From Macrostomum lignano (Eukaryota), in NCBI GenBank assembly GCA_002269645.1, contig NIVC01002541.1, forward strand, positions 124,001 to 188,000: 64,000 bases of DNA, written 5' to 3'. Both the position numbers and the translations under genes were made by a program. Shown here piece by piece: positions 1 to 14,070 of this stretch. The notes beneath the pieces were generated by a model that searched no databases, was not told the origin of the DNA, and was given only the letters and a program-made list of their open reading frames with translations. How positions within the stretch are numbered: position 1 is the first letter of the stretch; every line of letters starts with the position of its first letter.

Positions 1-385
1 TGAGAGGGAGGTCAATGTGTCTGAGAGGGAGGTCAATGAATCTGAGAGGGAGGTCAATGTGTCTGAGAGGGAGGTCAATGTGTCTGAGAGGGAGGTCAAT
101 GAGTCTGAGAGGGAGGTCAATGAGTCTGAGAGTGAGGTCAATGTTTCTGAGGGAGGTCAAGGAATCTGAGAGGGAGGTCAATGAGTCTGAGAGGGAGGTC
201 AATGAGTCTGAGAGGGAGGTCAATGTTTCTGAGGGAGGTCAAGGAATCTGAGAGGGAGGTCAATGTGTCTGAGAGGGAGGTCAATGAGTCTGAGAGGGAG
301 GTCAATGTTTCTGAGGGAGGTCAAGGAATCTGAGAAGGAGGTCAATGTGTCTGAGAGGGAGGTCCATGAGTCTGAGAGGAAGATG
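1..385. repeat. 21-bp minisatellite (TGAGAGGGAGGTCAATGTGTC), probably in an upstream DDR intron
   Basis: Tandem units seen directly. Confidence 0.9.
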
Positions 386-1125
386 TCCATAAGTCTAAGA
401 GGGAGGTCTGGGAAAAGAGTTCAAAGAGTCACAGAGGGAGTCGATTGTGAAATAAAAGTTAGAAGATCGGTTCAATCCTAGGAAAAGGCAAGCCAGGCAG
501 GCGAGGGCGCATCTGCTGTCCCTAAGGTCGGCAGACGGTGCCCAAAAGTCTGCCTTGTGTTATCGCACTGGCCGGAGAAAAGTAAAAGGCAATTGTCTAA
601 TAGTCTGTCGCCCGGAGACGGAGAGGCTGGAAGCGAATCAGTTGGCAACAGAGAGACCACTTGGCCAAGAACGTGCCTTGCCGTGTTTTGGCACCGGAAA
701 GTCGACTAGCATTGGCCTCGGAAATCTTCGCGAAATGTTCGCCATTCGACTGAAAATGAAAGGCCGATCAAAATATGGCTCCCTGCTGCCGAAATCTGCC
801 CTGGGCCCATGTTGATGAATTGGGTCCAGTCCCGTCTGATGCCTGCTGAAATCTGCCTCTCTCAGATTTGCTGGTTGATCAAAGCATTTTTGCTGGGCCA
901 AGTTTTCCAAAGTCTCTATATAGGGGGGCATTTTTCAATTAGTTTCCAAGGGCCGCGCGTGTTGTCGGTCAGAAAATCTCTTGACTTCAGGGTTGGCAAG
1001 CACAGGAACTTTTTTGTCTCAGAGGCGGCTCTAGAACGTTTTAAATGTCCTTGACTGTAAATTTGCTTGCCTCAAATTTTAATTGGCACCTCAAATCGTT
1101 TGAAAATTTGGCTCCAATTTGAATT

Positions 1126-1512
1126 TCCCTGACACAAAACTATGACTCCCCTGACACAAAACTATGACCCCCTGACACAAAACTATGACACCCTCTGATA
1201 AAAAACTATAACTCCCTTGACACAAAACTATGACTCCCTGACACAAAACTATGACTCCCTGACACAAAACTATGACTCCCCTGACACAAAACTATGACAC
1301 CCTCTGACACAAAACTATGACACCCTCTGACACAAAACTATGACACCCTCTGACACAAAGCTATGACACCCTCTGACACAAAACTATGACTCCCCTAACA
1401 CAAAACTATGACTCCCCTGACACAAAACTATGACTCCCCTGACACAAAACTATGACCCCTGACACAAAACTATAACCCCCCTTACACAAAACTATGACAC
1501 CCTCTGATACAA
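1126..1512. repeat. About 21-bp minisatellite (CCCTGACACAAAACTATGACT) next to the DDR acceptor
   Basis: Tandem units seen directly. Confidence 0.9.
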
Positions 1513-1560
1513 AGAACGGAACGAGAAGAACACAGAATCCGCCTCTCCATCGCCCTCCAG

Positions 1561-3633
1561 AAGTGCTGACCAACCCGCCGCCAGCGGAGACCGCGGAGAC
1601 GAGCGGCGGCAGCGGCCAGCAGCCGCGGCCGGGCCCGGAAACCCCGACGCCGCTGTCGCCTTCGGATCCGCCATCTCTGCCCGGCAAAATCGATCGAGGC
1701 GAGCGCGTCGACCTGCCCGGAGCCGGCGGCAGAGGCGGCCAGATGCCCAGCCGCGACAACGAGCTGATGTACATCGCCATCATCGTGGCGATCTTGCTGG
1801 GCGCTCTGGCCCTCATGATAGTCATCGGAGTCCTGTGCGTCCGGCGGGGCCAGCTGCGCAAGAAGCAGCAGGACCAGTTCTCGCAGCAGTACCAGCAGCA
1901 GCAGTTCCTCCACCCCGGCCAGTACAATGGCTCCGAGAACATCCACCTGGACTTCAGCAACGGCAGGCCAGCAGTGCTGTTCGGTGGCGGCTTATCGACC
2001 GCAGGCGGGGGCGGCCATCTTGGGCCGTCGGCCTCCTACAAGACGCTCAACAATAACGACGAGGACACGATGGCAGGCGGCGAGGACACTCGCAGCTGCG
2101 GCACTGACGCTTACACTTACGCTGCCGCCTCGTTCTCGCCTCTGATTCAGCCGTCCGGTGATGCCAACGCCTACGCCAGCACCACCCTATGCGGGCCTCA
2201 GCTGCTCCAGCAGCAGCAGCAGCAGCAGATGTACCTAACTGGCCTGGGTACCTATGCCAGGCCCAGGGGCTCTGTTACCAACGGGATGATGTCGCTTCAG
2301 CAGCAGCAACAGCAGCCTCATCATCAGCATCAGCAGCCGCCGCCTCCGCCGCATACTTTGATGATGCGACAGCTGCCGCCTTCGCCGGTGCCGCCTCCCG
2401 TGCCGAGATTCCCGTCCGATCTGAATCTGCAAGGTGAGGCCTTCTGGTAATCTTTTATATCTACCTGCCAATCCATCTACCTGCCAATCCATCTACTTGC
2501 CAATCCATCTACCTGCCAATCCATCTACCTGCCAATCCATCTACCTGCCAATTCATCTACCTGCCAATCCATCTACCTGCCAATCCATCTACCTGCCAAT
2601 CCATCTACCTGCCAATCCATCTATCTGCCAATCCATCTACCTGCCAATCCATCTGTATCTACCTGCCTATCCATCTACTTACCAATCCATCTGCCTGCCA
2701 ATCCATCTACTTGCCAATCCATCTACCTGCCAATCCATCTACCTGCCAATCCATCTACCTGCCAATCCATCTACCTGCCAATTCATCTACCTGCCAATCC
2801 ATCTACCTGCCAATTCATCTACCTGCCAATCCATCTACCTGCCAATCCATCTGTATCTACCTGCCTATCCATCTGCATCTACCTGCCTATCCGTCTGCAT
2901 CTACCTGCCTATCCGTCTGCATCTACCTGCCTATCCATCTGCATCTACCTGCCTATCCATCTGCATCTACCTGCCTATCCATCTGCAGTCTTGAAAGCAC
3001 CAATAACTGCGATGAACATGAACTGCAAGCAGACTGGGTTACATTTTATTGCAACTTACAAACTTTGCGTGTTCCTCCCTTCCCTGCTGCCTCCCCCACT
3101 GCTCTTCCCTGCCTTCAAGCTCCCCAAAGCCGGAAACGTGAGCCTGAATTAAAAACGTGTCATCACTTGGGTGACCCGCATCCGCTGCTCTCTCCATCCT
3201 TCTTACCTTTGCCTTCCCCCTGCGCCTTCATGGCATCTTGAATTCTCCCTGCCGGACAGTTACGTAACCTGTCCGTCATCGGCTGGAAGGACAGGCAGGT
3301 ATTTAAGCATTGGGGGATTCTGGAATCTGATGAAGCCACTTGGCCGGTGCCTGCAGCGGTGCTGGTCTTTTTCATTATTATTGTTATTATCTTTTTTGTG
3401 GCAGCTTGGCCACCAGAATGCTCAGCGGTATAAAGTGGAAATCCCCAAGCTTATCCAGTGTCACGTGATCTGAATGGCTTAGTTTTAGAGACCACTTCTG
3501 ACTAGGGCAGAATTATGCAATACATGCTGCATTGCCAAGCACACTAGCTAAATGTTGTGTCCACTTTACTGACGGGGCATCCGAAGTGTACAACAGACTG
3601 CCTGTCTCTGTGAAACTTCCATTAACAACAGCA

Positions 3634-3673
<40 letters not shown>

Positions 3674-6140
3674 CTTACCCAATGCCCGATTTTATATCTA
3701 TTCAAAATATCTGTAAGATGGCAACCTACGCAAATATCGCATTTCATCTTTGAACATCTGAGCTCCTGGATCACACTTTTTTATGTGTAACCATTAGAAA
3801 ACTAAAAATCTCCCGCATGTAAATACCCAAGCCTAAACATCCCAAACCTAAACGTCCCACAGCCTAAACACCCGCACCTAAACGTCCCACAATCTAAACA
3901 CCCGCACCTAAACGTCCCACAATCTAACCACCCGCACCTAAACGTCCCACAGCCTAAACACCCGCACCTAAACGTCCCACAATCTAAAGACCCGCACCTA
4001 AACGTCCCACAACCTAAACACCCGCACCTAAACGTCCCACAACCTAAACACCCGCACCTAAACGTCCCACAACCTAACCACCCGCACCTAAACGTCCCAC
4101 AATCTAAACACCCGCACCTAAACGTCCCACAATCTAAACACCCGCACCTAAACGTCCCACAATCTAACCACCCGCACCTAAACGTCCCACAATCTAAACA
4201 CCCGCACCTAAACGTCCCACAATCTAAACACCCGCACCTAAACGTCCCACAATCTAAACACCCGCACCTAAACGTCCCACAATCTAAACACCCGCATCTA
4301 AACGTCCCACAGCCTAAACACCCGCACCTAAACGTCCCACAACCTAAACACCCGCACCTAAACGTCCCACAATCTAAACACCCGCACCTAAACGTCCAAA
4401 AATCTAAACACCCGCACCTAAACGTCCCACAATCTAAACACCCGCATCTAAACGTCCCACAGCCTAAACACCCGCACCTAAACGTCCCACAACCTAAACA
4501 CCCGCACCTAAACGTCCCACAATCTAAACACCCGCACCTAAACGTCCAAAAATCTAAACACCCGCACCTAAACGTCCCACAATCTAACCACCCGCACCTA
4601 AACGTCCCACAATCTAAACACCCGCATCTAAACGTCCCACAGCCTAAACACCCGCACCTAAACGTCCCATAACAAAAAAACCACAAAACTACTAGCCTCG
4701 AAACTCCAGCAGACTCAAGCCTCATCCATCTGCCTCCCACCTCCGCAGGCTGCTCCGGCGGCACCGTGTACGCCTGTCCCGTGACGCAGCCGCAGCGCCA
4801 GCCGTCACCCAGCGGCTCCGCTGCCCCGGCCGACGGCAGCCCCCGCCAACTCGAAGCCGCCCTGGCCTCGCTGGAAGTGCCCGCCACCTCCGTGGTCCTC
4901 AAGGAGCGCCTCGGCGGCGGCAAATTCGGCGAAGTCCGCCTGGCCGAGTGGACGCCGGCGCCCGCTGCCGACTCGCCGGCGCCGCCCGGCCAGCCGCTGC
5001 TCGTGGCCGCCAAGACTCTCCGCAATCCGGGTGCCAATCCGCAGGCGGCCGAGGATTTCCGACGCGAGACTCGAACCCTGGCCCGGCTGCGTGATCCCAA
5101 CATTGTCCGAGTGCTTGGCGTCGTGTCCGGGTCGGACCTGTGCGCCGTGCTAGTTGAGTACATGCAGCACGGGGACCTGCACCAGTTCCTGCGGTCCCTG
5201 GGCACCGGCGGCGGCCCGGAGCCGCCCCTGAGCTACGGCTGCCTGATGCACATGGCCGCTCAGGTGGCCAGCGGCATGGCCTACCTGGAGTCCGCGCAGC
5301 TGGTCCACCGCGACCTGGCCGCCCGCAACTGCCTGCTAGGCGAGGCGTTCTGCGTCAAAATCTGCGACTTTGGCATGTCGCGGCCCATCTACTCTGCAGA
5401 CTATTACCGGCTGGACGGCTGTGCTGGGCCCCTCCCCGTGCGCTGGATGGCCTGGGAGGCCCTGCTGCACGGCCGCTTCACCATCGCCAGCGATGTCTGG
5501 AGCTTTGCCGTCACCGTCTGGGAGCTGCTCACCCTGTGCAGGGAGCAGCCGTTTGCCGGCCTCACCGATGAGCAGGTTTGTTGCTATGGGAAGCTGGATG
5601 CGCGCTCGAGCTTGCCGAACTCGATATTCACCACATCACCAATTCATTTGCCTCCTCATCACTCCCATCTCCCTTCTCTACCCCCCTCTCTCTCCATCTC
5701 TCCCCTCTCTCAATCTCCATCTCAATCTCCCCCTCTCCCCCTCTGTATCTCATCGGTTGTCCTCTTTAATCGTTTTTTATTTCTTTCGGTCCTTAACTAC
5801 TTTTTCCGTCCAAAATCCAGCGCTTGAAAGCACTACTCTCTCTTGCTACCGTTAGTAGGAATGCCAGCAAATTTGAAGTATTTCTTTAATTGCATCAAAA
5901 ACCCGCCACGAACTCAAGGTGGTTGACAACTGCCATCACATTCTGCTCTGCGACGGGGCCGCTCAGCCGCTGCCCTGCCCGCCGCTGTGCCCGCGCGAGC
6001 TGTACGACCTGCTGTGCCAGTGCTGGCAGCGGGACGAGGGCTGCCGGCCGCGGTTCCGCGACATCCGCGCCTTCCTGCAGAGCCGCGACTGCGGCTACAC
6101 CGCCAAGGATGCCAGCCTGCTGAGACGGCGTCGCTCTTGA
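1561..6140 (+). CDS. DDR: Discoidin domain receptor tyrosine kinase, 3' part (TM, juxtamembrane, kinase); 5' exons lie left of the window
   Basis: Exons 1561-2433, 4749-5575, 5919-6140 with consistent phases (1,1,0). TM helix LMYIAIIVAILLGALALMIVIGVLCV. The spliced junction gives LNLQGCSGGTVYA (cf. DDR NLQGVTGGNTY). Kinase motifs [46 protein letters not shown] are DDR-type. The last acceptor is AAG. Confidence 0.93.
2460..2987. repeat. 16-bp minisatellite (CCATCTACCTGCCAAT), DDR intron
   Basis: Tandem units seen directly. Confidence 0.9.
3826..4670. repeat. 30-bp minisatellite (CCCGCACCTAAACGTCCCACAATCTAAACA), DDR intron
   Basis: Tandem units seen directly. Confidence 0.95.
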
Positions 6141-6896
6141 CTTTTGCTAGGGGCCGTTCGTTTCTAAGGACGCTAGTGGCTAGATGCTATATCCCTTGCC
6201 AACCGTTGCTAGGGGCACGGCTGTTACTAGGGAAACTACGAGTGTTAAGAGTCTATAGATATTGCTTCCGAACTCCACTGCATTCTTAAACGGCTTCAGT
6301 ATAAAAGTGTTTTTTTTCGGGGCAACTGCAATAAAAAAGCATTCATTGCTTTTTGCAGTCTGAATGTATTTTCTGTAGCAAAGCAGCTCTGCATTGACGT
6401 CGTGAGAAGTGCGGGGCTTTTAGCATCTTTCTTAATTTTTTTATCGTCTAGCCTCTATTCCGCATCTGCATTCCCTGCTATCGCTACTCAATTACTAGCA
6501 GTAGTAGGAGTTGCGTTTTTATTAACTTTTTGGCTAGGGACGGAAATCTGCGACTTAAATTTGTTTACTGTGGATGACTTTTGCTGGCAATAATAATATA
6601 TTTTATGCAAATAATAATATGCTGTTTTGCAGTTTTTATCAATCTTGTCTTTTTTCAATTGATACTATCGCAATTTTACTTGTCAGTAAATTGTATGTAC
6701 TAATCCGCATATACATATATATATTCAAAATAATATTCTATTTTTGCCTGCAAATTTTGCGTTCCGCTCTGTACATATTATTTAGCGCAATCTGTCAATG
6801 TTAAATTTAGTCCTTTTTCGGTTTGTACGAATTTCAAAAAGCAGTGTTAATAAGCGCTTTTGAGGCTTTCTAACTGACTTAGCTGGACTGCATGTC

Positions 6897-7088
6897 TTGC
6901 GTGGGTGTGCGGAGTGAGGAGGGTGAGCGGAGTGAGGTGGGTGTGCAGAGTAAGGTGGGTGGGCGGAGTGAGGTGGATGTGCGGTTTGAGGTGGGTGTGC
7001 GGAGTGAGGTGGATGTGGGGAGTGAGGTTGGTGTGCGGAGTGAGGTGGGTGTGCGGAGTGAGGTGGGTGAGCGAAGTGAGGTGGGTGT
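6897..7088. repeat. 18-bp G-rich minisatellite (GTGGGTGTGCGGAGTGAG)
   Basis: Tandem units seen directly. Confidence 0.85.
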
Positions 7089-7714
7089 AGAGATCGGCCC
7101 AGTTGGCGAGTCCCATGCACAGTTAGAGTCCGGCTAAAAAGATATTTACTCGCATTTACGCAACGCGGTTATTCTATGAAACTCCTTTGTTTGGCTACGA
7201 CCGATTCGACGGTCCCAGATTGCCCTCCATGCGGCCCCGTGTAAAATCTGTGCGATCAGTTTGCTTGGCAATATATTATACTGTATCGCTATGCTATAAA
7301 ACAGTTCAACATAAAAGTGCTCCAAATGCAGTATTTGTATCTTTCGCCGAGTAGGTCTGACCATCCGTTTAATGTTGTAACTATTTTGGACAGCAATCGT
7401 TCATGCTAAAATGATTCTGTTGTCCATCACTGTTTGCGCCATTTACCTTTCCCGTGTTTATTGATTTGCAATCTGCTGAACATTGCTACTGATAGCCCAC
7501 GAAATCGCTCTCTGTGTAAATGCATATATGACCATACTGACCAGTACAGAATTCATTCTTATATATATTAATAATACTATATAAAGTACAACTGACGACA
7601 GTGACTGAATCTGGCAATTGCCTTCTGTTACGAATTCTCTTGAAATTCTTGGCTATTATGTTTTTTATGACCGTCATTTGAAAATGACGTCAAATCGATT
7701 TAGTTTCAAGTCGG

Positions 7715-8640
7715 GGTCAGGTAAGGTCAAATCGATTTAGTTTCTATTCGGGGTCAGGTAAGGTCAAATCGATTAATTTTTAAGTCGGGGTCAGGTAAGG
7801 TCAAATCGATTAGTTTCAAGTCGGGTCAGTAAAGGTCAAAATAGATTTAGTTTCTATTTTAGTATATTGGATTCGGGGTCAAGTAAGGTCAATTACATTT
7901 AGTTTCTATTCGGGGTCAGGTAAGGTCACATCGATTTCGTTTCTATTCGGGTCAGGTAAGGTCACATCGATTTAGTTTCTATTCGGGGTCAAGTAAGGTC
8001 AAATCGATTTAGTTTCAAGTCTGGGTCAATTAAGGTCAAATCAAATTAGTTTTTATTCGGGGTCAGTTAAGGTCAAATCGATTTAGTTTCTTTTCGGGGT
8101 CAGGTAAGGTCAAATCGATGTAGTTTCTATTCGGGGTCAGGTAAGGTCAAATCGATGTAGTTTCTATTCGGGGTCAGTTAAGGTCAAATCGTTTTAGTTT
8201 CTTTTCGGGGTCAGGTAAGGTCAAATCGTTTTAGTTTCTATTCAGGGTCAGGTAAGGTCACATCGATTTAGTTTCAAGTCTGGGTCAAGTAAGGTCAAAT
8301 CGATTTAGTTTCAATTCTGGGTCAAGTAAGGTCAAATCAAATTAGTTTTTATTCGGGGTCAGTTAAGGTCAAATCGTTTTAGTTTCTTTTCGGGGTCAGG
8401 TAAGGTCAAATCGATGTAGTTTCTATTCGGGGTCAGGTAAGGTCAAATCGATTTAGTTTCTAGTCGGGGTCAGGTAAGGTCAAATCGATTAATTTTTAAG
8501 TCGGGGTCAGGTAAGGTCACATCGATTTAGTTTCAAGTCGGGTCAGTAAAGGTCAAAATAGATTTAGTTTCTATTCGGGGTCAGGTAAGGTCAAATCGAT
8601 TTAGTTTCAAGTCTGGGTCAAGTAAGGTCAAATTGATTCG
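7715..8640. repeat. 37-bp minisatellite (CGGGGTCAGGTAAGGTCAAATCGATTTAGTTTCTATT)
   Basis: Tandem units seen directly, between the convergent DDR and TDH genes. Confidence 0.95.
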
Positions 8641-9202
8641 GTTTCAAGACTGGCTGATTCGTGTCACAAAATCGTTCCCAATGAGGCTCGCACCGCTTCA
8701 TCGCAATCCCGAGTCAAGCAAATGTGCCAAACATGCCAAATGTTGAAGCAGAAAATTCCGTTTAAAACCATGATAGACCCTCGCTCAAGTAAACCATTAT
8801 GGAGACAGGCTGTAAAGGCACGGTTTATTATAGGGGCAGTGAAACAATAAATTAGATCGGGTGAGATTTCAGTCACTTGCAGAAAATTTAGCGGCAAAGG
8901 TGAGCGACAAATAATGTTACCTGCAGGTACGTAACATGCATGCAGGTAACATGCATGCAGGTAACATGCAAATAAACAACAAATGGAGTCAATTAGGGAG
9001 AATTTGAGGAGAGGCGCGTGCAGTGCGGTGCTAAGTAAGATCACGTGATCCCAGTAATGGTATTTCTTCTTAGCACGTATTGAGCTAAGGGGAAAGCGTT
9101 TGTAAAATTTGCATTGATAATAATAAGTTCACTAAGGCTAACGTGCAGCAGATCTTAATAAAATCTATAGCATACTACTTAGTAAGTAGTTTTGAATACC
9201 AG

Positions 9203-9690
9203 GAGTGACAGATGAGGGCAGGGGAATCACAGGAGTGACAGATGAGGGCAGGGGAATCACAGGAGTGACAGATGAGGCCAGGGGAATCACGGGTGTGACA
9301 GATGAGGGCAGGGTAATCACGGGTGTGACAGATGAGGCCAGGGGAATCACAGGTGTGACAGATGAGGGTAGGGGAATCACAGGAGTGACAGATGAGGGCA
9401 GGGGAATCACAGGAGTGACAAATGAGGGCAGGGGAATCACAGGAGTGACAGATGAGGGCAGGGGAATCACAGGAGTGACAAATGAGGGCAGGGGAATCAC
9501 AGGAGTGACAGATGAGGGTAGGGGAATCACAGGTGTGACAGATGAGGGCAGGGGAATCACAGGAGTGACAAATGAGGGCAGGGGAATCACAGGAGTGACA
9601 GATGAGGGCAGGGGAATCACAGGAGTGACAGATGAGGGCAGGGGAATCACAGGTGTGACAGATGAGGGCAGGGGAATCACAGGAGTGACA
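9203..9690. repeat. 30-bp minisatellite (GTGACAGATGAGGGCAGGGGAATCACAGGA) just downstream of the TDH stop
   Basis: Tandem units seen directly. Confidence 0.95.
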
Positions 9691-9818
9691 GAGAAAGACG
9701 GCAGGCCTGAACTGGGTACAGCAGCTGCGCTCTCACGGGAGCAGGAAACGAGGCCACAGTCGGCAGCAAGCCTGCATAGTCTATGGCCCAAAGCCTGAGA
9801 GTGGGGCTGGCCGAAGAA

Positions 9819-11316
<1,498 letters not shown>

Positions 11317-11849
11317 TCATTTCAATCCAGTCTTCGGAAACCGGCTGGCTGCCCCCCCCCCCCGCCGCGGTAAATGCGGCGTGCCAGCGGTACTGCGGGA
11401 CCCACCCTCCCCTCGAGTACCCGATCTGCCGACATGCGCTCCCCCCAGAGAACAGAGAAGAAAGGTAAGAGCAGCTCCTACACAGAGAGGTGAGACGGGA
11501 CACACCCCCAATTCAAACTGTTCCTGCTCAAACTTTCAATAATGATTTTGTGCAGCCAGCCGCCTCCCAGCCAGTCTGCGCTGTCAGTCTTCTTTTCTTC
11601 TCTGTCCTGCTCCGTGCGCTGCGCGAGTTTTGAATAATGGGGAGGCGGGTGGGGCGACGGCTGCAGGGGGGGGGGCTCCTACCCGCGAATTGATTATTTC
11701 TCTGCCCGTCTCTGATTTGGGGTGCAGCGGCAACGAGAGAGACGCCACAGGGTGATCGCGGAGTTGAGAAAGTGACGCGATTTGGTAACTGGTAAAATTG
11801 TTATTAGTGTTAATGAGAGTTGGTCTACTATGAGTAGGCGCAATGGGTA

Positions 11850-13367
<1,518 letters not shown>

Positions 13368-14070
13368 AGAAAAATTCAGTGGAAGTAGAATTCAAGATTA
13401 GCTACATTTCTAAGTACACTATGTGGTTTGGGTGAGCTGCAGCGTTCATTAGGTAAGTGGCCTGTTTTCTTATTCCACTGAGTGATAAGTGGCTATTTTT
13501 GGATGAAGCTGCAGAGGCTGCATCAGCTGGGGCTGAGCTACATTGAGGTGAGATGCGTTTTTAAAGGTAAGATTCCTGTTTGCGGGTACAGTCTGCAGCT
13601 GGGTCAGGCTCCCAGTGTACTCACAGCTCAGCCTTGCCACCAAATGCATTGAGTCCTCTCCGTACACCGTGAGCTGAATGACCAAACATAGAGAAACTGC
13701 TTGCACATTCATTTCAGCCTTCATCACTTTTGGTTGGATGCTGGACAATGAGAGAGCCGAGTTGGAGGGTGGCGGGGGCAAAGAGACGGGCAGAGCCGGT
13801 GGAGCAGAGAGCATACAGAGGCGCATAGCAACTTCCCAGCGCTGCAGCTCAGCCTTGGCTGCTTTTTAATTCCACTCTGAACTTGCATCCGCACGGAAGC
13901 CACTGGTGGGTTAATTTTGCAGATCGCCAACCAGACAGGACGGCTCTACAGAGATAAGGAGGATTGTCAAGACAAGAGTTCAGAATTTAATGGATTCGAA
14001 TAAGCCAGCGGTTGCAAACTGAGCAGCCAAGCAACCGGGTGTTAACTGGACTCTGAGCTTTGGAGAGCGG

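Noticed and set aside
482-700. Open stretch after a TAG acceptor as an extra DDR exon
   Set aside because: No recognisable DDR extracellular motifs and no convincing donor.
3380-3420. CTGATGAAGCC as a second hammerhead
   Set aside because: No GAAA follows the putative stem II.
3802-4670. Cys-rich CGTFRCGCLD ORF resembling a metallothionein or keratin-associated protein
   Set aside because: Antisense translation of a 30-bp array in a DDR intron.
9165-9798. VTDEGRGITG / VTPVIPLPSS repeat ORFs
   Set aside because: 30-bp tandem array with no non-repetitive domain or splice support.
13470-13930. Short ORFs between (TATC)n and RING-NHL exon 1
   Set aside because: No recognisable motif or splice-consistent model.
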